Source: Eledone cirrhosa (Eukaryota). From it: a stretch of 64,000 nt of DNA. Within the stretch, counting starts at the first letter, position 1, and the number at the start of each line of letters is the position of its first letter. Of the stretch, positions 45,628 through 59,033 are shown piece after piece. Made by a program: the position numbers and the translations under genes. The stretch is from the NCBI GenBank assembly GCA_964016885.1, contig OZ024749.1:49042001-49106000 (forward strand), read 5' to 3'. A model generated the notes under the pieces. It ran no database searches and was not told the DNA's origin. It saw nothing but the letters and a program-made list of their open reading frames with translations.

Positions 45628-45872
45628 TAAAATAGCAGATTAAAGTTTAAGCAGAGAATTGCTGCTTTCACACTTAACGGGATCTTCTGAAACTAACAAA
45701 ATCAATCCGTGAACGCGGAAGTGAATATTTCAAAAAAAGTTGCAACCGGAGGAAGACGATACTTTGGTATCTTCAAATTTATTATTATTACTATATATAT
45801 ATTTATATATATATATATAAGTATGTATGTATACGTACATACATATATGTATACAGACGTACAGTAGCATGC

Positions 45873-45903
<31 letters not shown>

Positions 45904-46056
45904 CAGGTACACATATATATATATGCACGCATTAGTTTAGCGGACGCTTATTATAACGCCGCTTTGTTCGTTTGTCAACAAACTGAACAGCCTGAATTTA
46001 TGCCATACGGTGTTAAGGCAACCACGTCACCTTTTTGTTCAACACTGACACAGGAA

Positions 46057-46097
46057 CGATGTACTAGTTTCAAGCTTGTTAGCTATCATCAGCACCG
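46057..46097 (-). ncRNA. Minimal type-I hammerhead ribozyme
   Basis: Exact reverse complement of 46581-46621. Confidence 0.88.
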
Positions 46098-46334
46098 TTT
46101 ACCCATCTGCCAGATAGTTGAACGTTCGAAAGTATATACTTTCCTTATGAAAATTAACGGCTGAGCAGCCTAATTTGCATATTGAGTGAGTTAAATCGAT
46201 CAGGCATACCGAAAACGATAAGTTGAAAAAAAATGAAAACGAAATTTCATTTCTCACTCTTATCATGGCACTTACTTAAATGTAAGTATGTATGTATACG
46301 TACATACATATATGTATACAGACGTACAGTAGCA

Positions 46335-46402
<68 letters not shown>

Positions 46403-46580
46403 CAGATACACATATATATATGCACGCATTAGTTTAGCGGACGCTTATTATAACGCCGCTTTGTTCGTTTGTCAACAAACTGAACAGCCTGAATTTATGC
46501 CATACGGTGTTAAGGCAACCACGTCACCTTTTTGTTCAACACTGACACAAGAACGTTCAACTATCTGGCAGATGGGTAAA

Positions 46581-46621
46581 CGGTGCTGATGATAGCTAAC
46601 AAGCTTGAAACTAGTACATCG
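46581..46621 (+). ncRNA. Minimal type-I hammerhead ribozyme
   Basis: CGGTG-CTGATGA-t-AGCT-aaca-AGCT-t-GAAA-CTAG-TA-CATCG. Confidence 0.9.
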
Positions 46622-46772
46622 TTCCTGTGTCAGTCTTGAACAAAAAGGTGACGTGGTTGCCTTAACACCGTATGGCATAAATTCAGGCTGTTCAGTTTGT
46701 TGACAAACGAACAAAGCGGCGTTATAATAAGCATCCGCTAAACTAATGCGTGCATATATATATGTGTACCTG

Positions 46773-46828
<56 letters not shown>

Positions 46829-46964
46829 TGCTACTGTACGTCTGTATACATATATATATGTACGTATACATACATACTTACATTTAAGTAAGTGCCATAA
46901 TAAGAGTGAGAAATGAAATTTCGTTTTCATTTTTTTTCAACTTATATATATATATATATATCAA

Positions 46965-47066
46965 ATAATTGTTTCTACTTTTGGCACCAGGCCATCAATT
47001 ACCCAGTACATTACTGGTACTTTATTTAATCGACCCCGTAATGATGAAAGGCAATGTTAACCTCGG
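46965..47066 (-). mobile_element. 5'-truncated SINE S1
   Basis: aataattgtttctact...tactggtactttatttaatcgaccccgtaatgatgaaaggcaatgttaacctcgg. Confidence 0.85.
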
Positions 47067-47499
47067 AAAATAATGACTTATATTTTAGATGCAATAAAAG
47101 AAAACCAAAGATATATACAGCATTGGCAGAGTGGATTAATTATTCCAAATATATGTTAATTTCTTCTTCTATTGACATAGATTCAATAAAAGAGAACCCA
47201 GAATACACAACGACAAAAAGTAAGAAGAAAAAATAATCAAAGTTATTTAATCTGGTGTACCAATATTTCTCACAAATATAAGCCTTCTTAAAGAAATTAT
47301 TGATCGCCCTTGATGGATGAATGCGTCATTTGTTCCCCTTTTTTATGCGGGAATAGGCGGAATAAATTTATAGTCTTTTGAATAACTTGCAGTGTGTTAA
47401 TGGTATTTTTCTCCATTTCTAATTAGTGATGTGCAGATCTTAGTTATTAATGAATCTCATTTCGGAAACTGCCGTTAACGTAACTACATTACTATGATA

Positions 47500-49802
47500 T
47501 TATTATTGTTGTTATATTTTATTTTCTTTCATTATTGTTTCTGAGATATATGCCGAGTGTCTTCCTGACACCTAGGGCAAATAAATTCACAGTGTGCATT
47601 GGTAAGTCAGTTAATACAGCACATTGATTATAATTAAAAAAAAAAAAAAAAAAAGTATACATATATACACATGTCTATATGCATTTGTAAATACAAGGAG
47701 GGATATCAATCTTACAGGGATAGTGTTCTTCTCAATACGTGTGCAGTACCAGTCAAAACAATGTTTTGCACCTCGTGCAGAGAGGGTAAACCAGGAATCA
47801 TATTGTTATGTTCCTTTCTTGATCATTCCCAGTCCTCCCACAATCACTGGTATTGTAACGGCCTTGAGGTGCCACATTTTCTCAAATTCAATAAGCAGAT
47901 CTTTATATTTTAGTAGCTTGTGAAATTCTTTACCCACGATATTATGATCAAACGGGTTGCTCATATCTATCAACAAACATACTTTTGTACCTTTTGTCAA
48001 CCACTCTGGTACCTCACCTGACATCAAGCAGTCATTGAACATGGTTGTCAGTTTCGGGTGGAGGGATATTATATTGTTAATCCAATAACTCTGCACACCA
48101 TCTGGGCCTTGTATTTCCAGTTGGTTAGCTTTTTGGCCTGCCCCTTAAGAGTTTCAACTGTGATACTCAAATCAGTTTGTTGGTGTGCCTGTTCACTAAT
48201 CTCCTTTTGTACTGTCTCAATCCACACTGCTTGGTCATTATGTTTAACATCCTGCTCCCATATTCCTCTCCAGAATGTCTTAGTTTGTTCCGCCTCAGGG
48301 ATCAAGTCGTTGCCTCTTTCTTTCCCTTCAAGCTGTCCAAACAGCATCTTCTGGCTGTTGTCAAACATGCGGTTCTGTCTATACTGACTGACTCTGCTCT
48401 CGTATTGCCTAATTTTAGCACTCTTTGCTACAATGCGTTGCTTCAGTTCCTCTAAGATAATATTTAGCTTTTTCCTCCTAGTTTTGTACTTTATTTCCAG
48501 TCTATTTTTAGTGTCTATGTTATTTAGTGTCCCATTCAGTAGGGACTCAATCTTTCCAATGTCATTTCTCATTTCCCTGATTTGACCATTCAGCGTTTCT
48601 TCCATCAAGCTTCTGATCTATCTTGTTTGTTGTTTCCTCTCGCTTTTATGCCAAGTAATTTCCTCACCACCTTTGCTGTTGCTTTAGGGATATTGTTGCA
48701 CTGGTGAAGGCTCCTCGCCTCAAGGTATGGGATGATTTTGTTTACCTTAGCTGTTGTTTCTTTTAACTTTTTCCTGTCTACAAATCTTAGGTTCATAGGT
48801 TTCCCACTATCATTGTTCAATTCATCTACCACTAAGTTTAGGATATCAACCAAATCATGTCCTAGCCCGTCATCATTTATCTCCTCAATGGCCGTATCTT
48901 TGTTCCAGGTATTATTTATTTCAGCATTCAGATCATTGTCTGCTTCGGATGGTTCCTCCGTTCTCTCAACCTCTTCACCTTCATTTCCCACTAGCACGTT
49001 TGCCTGGCATACACCACTCTCTATTTCCATCCTAATCACTCTGCTCAGTTCATCCAGTTCCAGCTCGCTTATCCACCCATTAGTTCTTATTACCCGAGCC
49101 TGCCCGGCCAATTTTTTTTCATCTAATTTAAATAGACCAATCTCGTTCCAGATGTTATGCATCCGTTTCCTATAGCCTTTCTCCTTGGGGTTACTCTTCA
49201 GGTAACATTGCATAACAGTTCTATTCAATTCATTCGTCCAGTTGGTTCTGGTGCCTTTCCTTCTTCTTCTTCCTCCGACACCAGCAGTATTTTGTTGACA
49301 GCCAGGTCCCTGCTGCTGAGCCAGGGAGCACCTGCTGGGTGAGAGTCTGTCACATGACATTCCAGTCTCCACTTTACCGCTATTCGAACTGTTTAGGTTC
49401 GACATTTAAACACTCTTATCGAGGATTGGTGAGTGTATGGTTACATAACCACCGGTGATTTTAGTGTGGCACTACCACGCTGTAGACGAACATAAATAAA
49501 CAAACAAACAAATAGGTAACCCCCCCGCCCCCCCAAAAAAAAGAATTAGCATAAGTTTCATTGTAATGTAATGTTTGAATGTCTAACTTAGTTTGTTTTT
49601 TTTCCCTCTCTGTCTGTCTGTTTGTTTTTCTTTTCATTTTTCTTCTTTACGTTTTCCGTTGTTGTGCTGTTTTGATTTTGATTTTTGTTTTTTTGACCGG
49701 GTGATCAAATGAGTCTATTTATATCTGTTGATGCCTTCCTCTTTTAGTGGGGACACTACAATGCATGTCTTAGCAGGAAGTAATGGGAGAGAATAGCGGC
49801 GG
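47500..49802 (-). mobile_element. Decayed R4/Dong-clade non-LTR retrotransposon (RLE endonuclease), RT core deleted
   Basis: N-terminal WTNELNRTVMQCYLKSNPKEKGYRKRMHNIW...LAGQARVIRTNGWISELE, then SAKIRQYESR..QYRQNRMF..FWRGIWE, NWK/GPDGVQSYW..GEVPEWLTKG, then the RLE domain LLIDMSNPFDHNIVGKEFHKLLKYKDL..PVIVGGLG. (TAA)n lies at the 5' flank (49803-49834) and a TAA-rich tract at the 3' flank. Confidence 0.88.
47715..49405 (-). pseudogene. Disrupted single ORF of the R4/Dong element (track ORFs 48605-49405, 48069-48608, 47806-48096)
   Basis: Premature TGA plus frameshift at about 48600 (EA*WKKR/LNGQI), frameshift at about 48110, and a stop at 47806. Confidence 0.85.
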
Positions 49803-50278
49803 TTATTATAATTATTATTATTATTATTATTATTGGCGACCTACGTAGTAAATCGTATCATCGTGAGCTCCGCAAAGGTTTGTTATTTTCAGATGTTTAA
49901 AATTACCATTCATGGAAAATTGTTATTGTTAACTGTATATAAGTGCACATAGATTGTTATCTGAAAAGGACACCCAAAAAGATTGGGGCCTTGAGCCCAA
50001 AATTTAAACTTTTATAATTATCAAACAAACATTTTTTCTTTGAAAAATCATTGCTAACAAACTAACGCCTCACACCGACACCACCATTGTAAATATTACT
50101 ACGTTTGCCAACACTAAAAACATAAGCAGTAGCAATATTTTAAATTTGTCTCAGGCAGACATTCATTTCCGCCATTACCAATGACTGCAGTTGTTAAAGC
50201 AGCCACCACCACCATCACCGCGACAACCAACACCCCCACCACCACCGCGACAACAAAAACAAAAGAAAACATAAATTA

Positions 50279-50517
50279 ACTAGAGGTCACTATTCTAGAT
50301 GGGAGCACCTAGAATTGTTCATATACTATGCACGAACGCTACAACAAAGATAATCTGGTATATCTCGAGGATGTGTTTTACTGTTTTATTTTGGTATCAC
50401 ACAGACACTACGGACTCGCCTCATAATGTAACCAGACAAATATCCAATACAGTCATTTTCTCTTTTACCTGTCTTCTCTTATCTGTTTACCCGGGCGAAG
50501 CTGGGTACGTCAGCTAG
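50279..50517 (+). mobile_element. Non-autonomous Helitron-like element (3' end clear, 5' end uncertain)
   Basis: GC hairpin tacccgggcgaagctgggta (50488-50507), then CTAG (50514-50517) followed by T, the canonical Helitron 3' terminus. Confidence 0.6.
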
Positions 50518-52400
50518 TATATATATATATATATATATATATATACAAGATCGCCTGGAGATTATATATATATATACATGCCCCTGATCATATATACATA
50601 CACCTGATCATTAGACATTAGCTAATCTTTTGTAGTGTTTAATATTCTCCAGTTTAGAAGTATTTGAAATAATTTGAATGTATGCTGCGTATTCCATAGG
50701 GAGAGGTAATTCAAATAGTAATTCTTCATTGAATGATGTTGGGAAATGTTAAAAGGGGAAGGCCTGCGGTTTTAGAGAATTATTAGAAATTCCGACATGG
50801 TTATGTATGAAAACGTCAGTGAGTCAATGAATAATATAACAATAACCGCAAAATTCTGTGATAGCAAATGAACATAGGAAAATTAATACTGCATAAAAAA
50901 CACCGCAAAACAAAAACCGTGACAATATATACCGTAGCACCACAAATACGTTTAACAAAACAGGTAATACGACATTTCATATCATTTAATCAGGGACATA
51001 AATTATGATATTTATTAAAGAAAAAGCTGTGGATATGCAAAACTTTGTATGTTTGCATTTAACATTTATCCGTACATAATGACAATGTTTACTCGAGTGG
51101 AGGCAAGGGCGAATCCGTTATTATGATATTCTGGGGTTAGACAATCATTATTTGTTCCCTCTTCGGGTGCAGTATCACGTTTAGTCATCTAAAACCAAAA
51201 TCATGTGGTAGATAAGTGTCTGTGAATGGAAATTTTGCGCAAAACGCCTGGTATGTAGATATACATATGTAGTCTTAATTTAGTAATATATATCCGAATA
51301 TGGTAGACCAAAGAATCGGACAGACGAGTTGGGGTATACACTATCTATCCCTTAACTGAGAAAAGTGATTCTTTGTCAATTAGTGTTTATGTGTGTGTGT
51401 TTCGTAATACTTTTTCAAAAGGCTTGGGATTTTGTAATAATTCCAATATTTCTTCAACGATATTCATCAGTGTGGAGATGGGCCTTATCACTAAATATGT
51501 ATTCAATTTATATTTCGTATCGCATCTTTCATATATGCATTGGGTTTTGTAACAACGATGTTTTTGTTCAACCTTTTTTCCAATAAAATACCTAGACATT
51601 GAAATATATGAATAAATACAAGAGACAGTGAAGTATATTGCCCCCCCCCCCCCACATGTATCTAACATAATTGTAATATGGAAATGTATTGTGGAAGGTA
51701 ATGCCACATATAAGGAAACCTTAACACAGGAAGGGGAATCTTTAGAATGGCTTAAATAATTACATTTACGAATCCATACTATTTATATATTTCTGCCAAA
51801 TTAAAATTGAGTGTTTTTTGATATTATCAACTCAAAATAAAGCCATATAAATCGGGAAGTAATTCAACAATTAAAATTTCTGAATCTCATATTAAATAAA
51901 TATAAGGCAATATATATTTTACTGAAATGATACTGAAGAGTCTATACATTATATTTAAGTACATTCCATTAACTTGAAGTAATACCTAAATGAGATCTTC
52001 AGACTATATATAATCATATATAGATTAGTCTAATACGAGTTAATTGAACGAAATTGTATATAATTGAATATCCAATATCAATGGTTGAAATTAAACGTAC
52101 TACAAGACAAATAAGGACATTGATATATTATAAATATGATTTCAAAGTTGAGTTTGTCATAAAATTAAAACGGTTATTAAACATAAATCCACAAAGCGTC
52201 ATTTCCCATTCAGTGGGACATATTCGGTCGACGGACAAACGTCCGAATTTAGTTTTTTTCTCTCAGAGGAGTTGAAATTATTGAATGATCCTATCTATTC
52301 CTTTATGAAACATGTGAAATATTTTGGCTTCTATGCAACTCACACACACATGCAAAATAAACGGTATTCGGGATTAAAAAGAGATTAATATAGAATATTA

Positions 52401-52449
<49 letters not shown>

Positions 52450-53717
52450 TGAAATATCTCATGTCTTCAATAGAGCTTTCTTCAAAATAAACATACATCG
52501 AATCGAAGAAGAATAGAGAGAGAAATAGATACATAGGCATATATATAGATAGACAGATAGATAAATAGATATTAATGCATATATTTATATATGAGAGTGT
52601 GGTAGCTGGTAGAACAAGGAGTAAGATCCGCATATGCTAATTTGTGCATGCAAAGCTTTAACATAGATTTATATATTTAAACATGTTGCATACAATTATC
52701 GATAAGTAGGCAACATTGATATCATTTCTTTCGAATATCGATAAAGAACAATTCTAAAATTAATTAAACTTATTGGAAAATATTTTGTACCGAATGCCCT
52801 TTGTGATGTCAAATATTTTAGTATACATCAACAATATAATAACACGAAGGTTCAATCTTCATGAAATTTTGGTAGCACGAATTTGTTCACCATATGTACT
52901 CGTAATTTTATATATGATGAATTTTGATATATGATGAATTATCTGTCTCTGATTTACATGCAATATACTTTGAAATCTGCTCCTTAAATATCTAGAACTT
53001 CTTATCAATAAATAGAAGGGCAAATGATCAATTAACGTTTCCTTTTAATTCATATGAAGAGATGGATATGTCACTTAATGAGGTCCTTTCGCACAGAGTC
53101 TTTCTTTTATTAATGGTGTAGATTTGTCTCCTTCTTCAAAGAAAACGAATCTACGAGACCAAGTATGCTGGAGGTTTGAAACCTCTTTGATCAGGATTTC
53201 GCAATTACTTTACTTAATTTGAACTCCGCTAATTAAAGTAAGTTCCTTTCATTACTGTCAATTACATTTTCGGCATTAAAATTCTCAATTTATTGCGATT
53301 ATTATTGATGCTATAAAACGAACACGTCACCATTTATTTCATTGAAACCAATCCTATATATTGCTCTGCTTAGCTAAATTTCTTCTCCCGTCGACACACA
53401 CACATACAAACACATCACGGACGCACATCTACACAAAAACATACATATACACACGAATAGATATATAACCAAACATTATATATTTACTTTTCGTATTCCT
53501 TTCATTTCGCATTCTTTTTCATTTCTATTTGTGTAATTAGTCAAAAATGCACACAGTCCTATGTAAGCATATTTTGTCCTATGGCAACGCCGTGTGCGGG
53601 GGAGGGAACGGTATCAATATGAACATCTTGAAATCAGAGGGATCTACCATAGTCGTCTTATGAGATGGATATCTCCGTATTTTCCATTTTTTTCTTGACG
53701 TGTATGCACATATCTAG

Positions 53718-53824
<107 letters not shown>

Positions 53825-53854
53825 AAATGAAAATTTTGAATTCCACTCATTTAA

Positions 53855-53928
53855 TCACGACACATGTTTCAATAAGAGATAGATCGATTGTGAAGCCATA
53901 ATTGATTATCACTGATCTCATCAGGTGA
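53855..53928 (-). ncRNA. Type-I hammerhead ribozyme, long stem II, GUC site
   Basis: Minus strand: TCAC-CTGATGA-gatcagtgataatcaatt...aatcgatctatctcttatt-GAAA-CATGTG-TC-GTGA, 32 bp from the (TA)n tract at 53721-53822. Confidence 0.8.
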
Positions 53929-54437
53929 AAATGAATTGTCTTCAAATTCTTGATATGAGGGAGTACAAATAACGATGTTCTCTCACAGAATTCATTCCCT
54001 CATATGAAGACACACCAGTCAGAGACACGGCGACTGCTATTAACTTCAGTTGAGGTCATAAAAAGTTGTCATATTTCTGTTGCTGCAAAAGACGCTGGAC
54101 ATCAATCAAATCCGTAGGGATATAGTCGGGAACACTTAATGTGAGTGCGTACACACACACTCCACACCCACATACACTGGTTCGAGGTCAAAGAAAAATA
54201 TATACAGACATCAACACAGTATCAAACCTGTAGAATTATAGAAGGTCACAGTTAGTGTGGGTGGGTACACACACACCGAAGCGATGTCAGAGGAAAAACA
54301 AATACAAGAAAACAAATATAAGAATGTACCAACACTGCATTCACCGAAAGTTAGTTCACAAAACAACATATGCTACATTGGTCAAATCTCAATTTTCCGA
54401 TGTAAATTGGAAATATTGGGTTAACCAACGTCCCATA

Positions 54438-54511
<74 letters not shown>

Positions 54512-55469
54512 CACACACATACCCCCCTCCCCCACACACGCAAGTAAGTTCAGTTCAGTGTCTGCTATACGTGTATAGATTGAATTGTAACCTCCATATC
54601 TTCAAATGTATGTTATGGTATACACACATCCGAATCGTTCCAAAAACGGGGTATGTCCGGGTATATACAAATCCATGTGAAGAGCAATCAATCAGCTCAT
54701 ATCGAACTCAGTATGTACCGCTGTCCCATTGAGAATTCGAGTCACCAAATCCGTGCGTGCAAGCAACCGCAATGTAGGCCAGCAAGGGGCTCCGTGTAGG
54801 GTTGGGTAGTGGGTAAATGCGTCAATAAGTGTGATTTCCCGTCATATAGGCTAATGAGCTTTTAAGATGGTTGTTTGAGTGGTGGAGTTGTGTTATCCAA
54901 CACAGAAGGCGAAGCAAAAATAAAACACACACACAGGATAGTAAAATCCAGAGGATGTGTGTATGCCGATTAATGGCGTGTAAGTATTATTGTTCAATCC
55001 GTAACAATGATTTAGATGATCACGGATAATGATTAGATGATAACGGATCAACACCTAGCGTAGTGTTCAGTCGGTAGGAACGTGACAGTCGTAATTGTGG
55101 GAGCTCAATGTGTAAAGGAAACGGGTTCTGCGTGTAGAGTTATGTATAGAGAGCGTAATCCGTCCTAACTAAGTGTGTAATACGAACTCAATTGTTAGGG
55201 TATCTTAAAGTAAATGTAGGTGCGCGTAGTCGGTCATGCCTGAGTATGCAATCGATTACTAACTAGGTATTCGAAGTGTAATCAATCTAACTATTTACTA
55301 GCTAGGTATTCTAAAAAAGTGCACTCATCTGTGAGAACTCCGTGGAAACAGGCCGAGTAACGTTTGTAAGTGCGCAAAGAATCTTAGCCGTCTAACTACC
55401 TGAGTGTGTGACTGTCTGTTTATTGAGAGAACTCTATGGCTAAAGTAGAGAGGGAGGAGTTAGTGATAG

Positions 55470-56092
55470 GTTACCTTCCAAAAATCCTGCGGAAGGTTTT
55501 CGAGGTTCTACGTTGGCAGTTGCTGAACATATCTGCTCTCCTATTAATTAATAGGGGGCCGCTTCTAATGATATTAAAGGTTTCAGCTATACATAAATTG
55601 CAGACGCCAGTGCTGCCGTTATAAGGTTGGGCTGAGCTAACTATTTACCAGGATAAGGAGTGCTCTATATTCTGATGTTTAAGCTACCAGACTAATTCAG
55701 AAAATGCCGTGCTATTTTTTTTTATGTAATCTATTAAAGGTATGGCGTTGATTATACCATATATCCTTAAATTCCGTGGCAGTTGCCCCAACATACCTAA
55801 AGGTTGTATCAGGAGTGGAGACCTTACAGTCCTAGACTATGTTTTTGGTAAGGCATTTCCCAGCCATGGGGCAGGTGGCGGTGCTTCTGCAGTTACATTT
55901 TTTGCTATCGACCTGGGTAGTTCCAGATGGACCACGGTACCTTTGGGGTCGGGTCTCAGTTCCTGTCTGCTCTATGGGTAAATTCCCTGGGGTTGGGCAG
56001 ACCCGACTCGCCTCTCGTATATGAGTCAGTTCCTCCATAGAGCTGCCATTGTTCCTGCCATGCCTAATTGATATATATATATACAGGAACAA
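55470..56092 (-). pseudogene. Penelope-like GIY-YIG endonuclease relic, Naiad-type Cys pattern
   Basis: CNCRSTATCPMAGKCLTKNIV*DCKVSTPDTTFRYVGATATEFKDIWYNQRHTF/NSTAFSELVW*LKHQNIEHSLSW*IVSSAQPYNGSTGVCNLCIAETFNIIRSGPLLINRRADMFSNCQRR. It has CxC-x5-C-x5-C, the NIV(Y)...YVG GIY-YIG motifs and CxxC, with 3 stops and 1 frameshift. Confidence 0.9.
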
Positions 56093-56190
56093 GTATGAGA
56101 CCGACAGCAGAGCTCAATCCGTTTCGGCGGCTATATCTGGAGTACTTTGGTGCGTTATGGTCCATCTGGTTCCTTACCACAATACCTTCG

Positions 56191-56192
<2 letters not shown>
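56085..56192. mobile_element. Family A rearranged copy between (TA)n tracts
   Basis: A half hairpin (aggaacaagtatgagaccgacagcagagctcaatccgtttcg) joined to the inverted tail gagtactttggtgcgttatggtccatctggttccttaccacaataccttcg. Confidence 0.75.
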
Positions 56193-56224
<32 letters not shown>

Positions 56225-56377
56225 ATAATAATAATATATATACATAGTAATAATAATAAACGTGAAGACTAAAATCCAAAGAGGACTCGATAAGGATAAA
56301 TATATATCAGAAGATCATGTTAAGTGTGAAAGCAGCGGTTCTTTGCTTAAACTTTAATCTGTTATTTTAATATTACG

Positions 56378-56489
56378 GAGAAACAATTGTAATCACTGAT
56401 TCTTCGTTTTCCATATTAATATACTCTGCTGCAGTGGAGCATAGAGTGCTCAACAGGCATACCGCCTATGGACGCATCGAAGGAACCTT

Positions 56490-56496
<7 letters not shown>
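56378..56496 (+). mobile_element. Family D 3' fragment (GAAA-CAATTG-TA half of the HHR)
   Basis: Reverse-complement similarity to 16690-16800. It ends in (TA)n. Confidence 0.65.
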
Positions 56497-56585
<89 letters not shown>

Positions 56586-57136
56586 TGCAATTTCCTGTAC
56601 ATATATTGTAATAAAAAAATGATATAGAGAGGTTTTGTGTGATTATTTTATGTTTTATTCTAGCATAAACAGCAGCTAACTTACGTTGAGATTAAATATA
56701 ATTCTATTAATTTAGAGATAAATAATATACTATGGACACTAGTTCAGACCATACATAAACACATTATGACCATTGAATTTTTACATAAAACATTTATATT
56801 GAACAATCCCATTTGTTATAACATTGATGAAAGAGTGTATTTCGAGAATTATTTTTGTAACAAAGTATTATTCTCGCAATAATATATACTATTCTATTTT
56901 CCTAAAACTTACATATTCTTCTTGGCGGACTGCAGAATAGCTTTAATACAATATATATTCTGGAGATTTTAGAATATCAAAACAGATACAAAATGTCTAA
57001 CATATACAAAAAAACAATGAATATCGAAGAATTCTATAAGGGAATAATGTAACATTTCCAATATTTATATGCCTATACAATCTATATTATTAAGAATTAT
57101 TACCGAAATGTAAAATGGAATATCCATTTATATGCC

Positions 57137-57240
57137 GGGTTCAATCGGGGGTAACCACAGTAATTAATGTACATACATAGCAGAGTAAAAATATGTAATA
57201 TAGAAATGGTTTCTATAGGACTAGAACTGTTTCATTAATT
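57137..57240. mobile_element. Interspersed repeat family I terminal fragment
   Basis: cgggttcaatcgggggtaacca...gcagagta...ttctataggactagaactgtttcatt recurs at 61875-61980 and partly at 11677-11702. Confidence 0.6.
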
Positions 57241-57348
57241 ACTATCTTATTACCAGTAAGATAAATAGCTCAATGTAATAACATCGGTTGTTTTACAGAG
57301 CAGTTATATAGAGATTACAATAATCAAAGTTCAGTTTAAATCATTTAT

Positions 57349-57397
57349 TTGCTTACAATTGTTTCCTCCAAACCGAGGTTTGGATTCTTCGGAGCAA
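57349..57397 (-). ncRNA. Type-I hammerhead ribozyme, U4C variant
   Basis: Minus strand: TTGCT-CCGAAGA-a-TCCAAACC-tc-GGTTTGGA-g-GAAA-CAATTG-TA-AGCAA, with perfect stems. Confidence 0.82.
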
Positions 57398-57526
57398 CTA
57401 TTTAGTGATCTATAACATACTTGACCTCCTTTTCAACACAAGAGTCATATAAAACATATGCACATATTAATCCACAGTGGGATGACATCCATCAAAATGA
57501 TATAGCATTTACATATAAATGTTAAA

Positions 57527-57750
57527 GGATAAAAATAAAAATAAAAATAAAAATAAAAATAAAAATAAAAATAAAAATAAAAATAAAAATAAAAATAAAA
57601 ATAAAAATAAAAATGAAAATAGAAATGAAGCATTGGCAGTTTATGAAGATAAAGCAATATATAATTATATATATATATATATAATTATATATATATATAT
57701 ATAATTATATATATATATATATAATTATATATATATATATATAATTATAT
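57527..57750. repeat. (AAAAAT)n hexamer array, then TAAT-punctuated (TA)n units
   Basis: Directly visible at 57530-57615 and 57658-57750. Confidence 0.95.
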
Positions 57751-57773
57751 ATATCTATATGTATATATATATA

Positions 57774-57827
<54 letters not shown>

Positions 57828-57861
57828 TATATGTTATATACATATATATATACATGTAAAT

Positions 57862-57927
<66 letters not shown>

Positions 57928-58373
57928 ATATATAATAGAGATATAATCAAAGAGAGTGAGTGATAGAAATGCGAGAGTGTTTATGTGTTTATATATTTCT
58001 ATATACTTTAGCAACATATTTTTGAGATTCATGGGAACGTCTTGAAGGACAACATGAAGGTTCTTGAAAGATAAAGCAGTAATGCAATTAACGGCAACAA
58101 TTCAGTATATTTATAGATTGCTGAACCTATTCTCCAAGAGAGATATTTCCTCATAGAATATATTGAGTGTAAAATGTGGTTGTTGATTCAATTTAGGTGT
58201 AGTTCTTCACAATATTATAAAACAGAACGAAATATAATTCTGTATAAATAAAAAAGTTAGCAAAGATATATAAGATATATATATTAGAATAATATTTTGC
58301 ATTGCCCACACATGTACACACAGAACTCACACATAAATAGACATCATATATACCTATATAAATATACATATGC

Positions 58374-58449
<76 letters not shown>

Positions 58450-59033
58450 GTGTGTGTGTGTGTTTTTTTATATATAAGCAATTTGTATATATCTATGTAT
58501 ATATATATCATGTATATATACATACATTCAAACGTTTTCTTATTGCGTATAATTGTATATGTATGTGAATGTGTTTGTAACTAACTTTGTGTGCGTGTGT
58601 CCCTATAATGTTTAGTGTTAGTATGTTTTCATTGTATGTTTTTTTCTTTTAAAAATATAGTATCTCATCTCGTTGTGATTGATGGAGAATATAATTACCT
58701 CTAGAAAGCTCTTCCATCGGGACTAAATACATTAATCATTTTCTTATTTTGTCCGTTAAGAATGCAATGCCACACAATTATCCTCTCCTACTCCTTTGCG
58801 ATGTAACATGTATTCAAGCTGAAAATTCTTACTGCGGCCGAGGACGCAGATATTAATTCCGTTGTGTCAGCATCACAACCTATATGAACACCAACTTCGT
58901 AGTCAGACTAACTGCTAGAAAATGCAGTTATATATTCTTAAAATCCTACTTTATATCACGTTCTCAGATGTATCCAGTCACAAAAGTTGATTCGGCGATC
59001 ATAGTCTGTACATCTTTCATTATATCCATGTAA

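Larger units (their letters stand above)
45820..46945. mobile_element. Family C multimer: tandem minus units (about 46553-46222 and 46221-45820) plus an inverted plus unit (about 46551-46945)
   Basis: 45830-46056 is repeated at 46277-46554. 46222-46554 is the reverse complement of 46621-46943. The inversion junction uses GAAC microhomology (actgacacaaGAACgttcaac). Confidence 0.9.

Noticed and set aside
53575-53610. RFX X-box-like gtcctatggcaac plus a GC-rich patch
   Set aside because: A single short motif with no linked gene; insufficient support for a promoter.
55470-55900. Selenocysteine recoding as described for some Naiad elements
   Set aside because: All conserved Cys codons here are TGT/TGC. 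The in-frame stops are TAG/TAA at non-Cys positions, consistent with ordinary decay.
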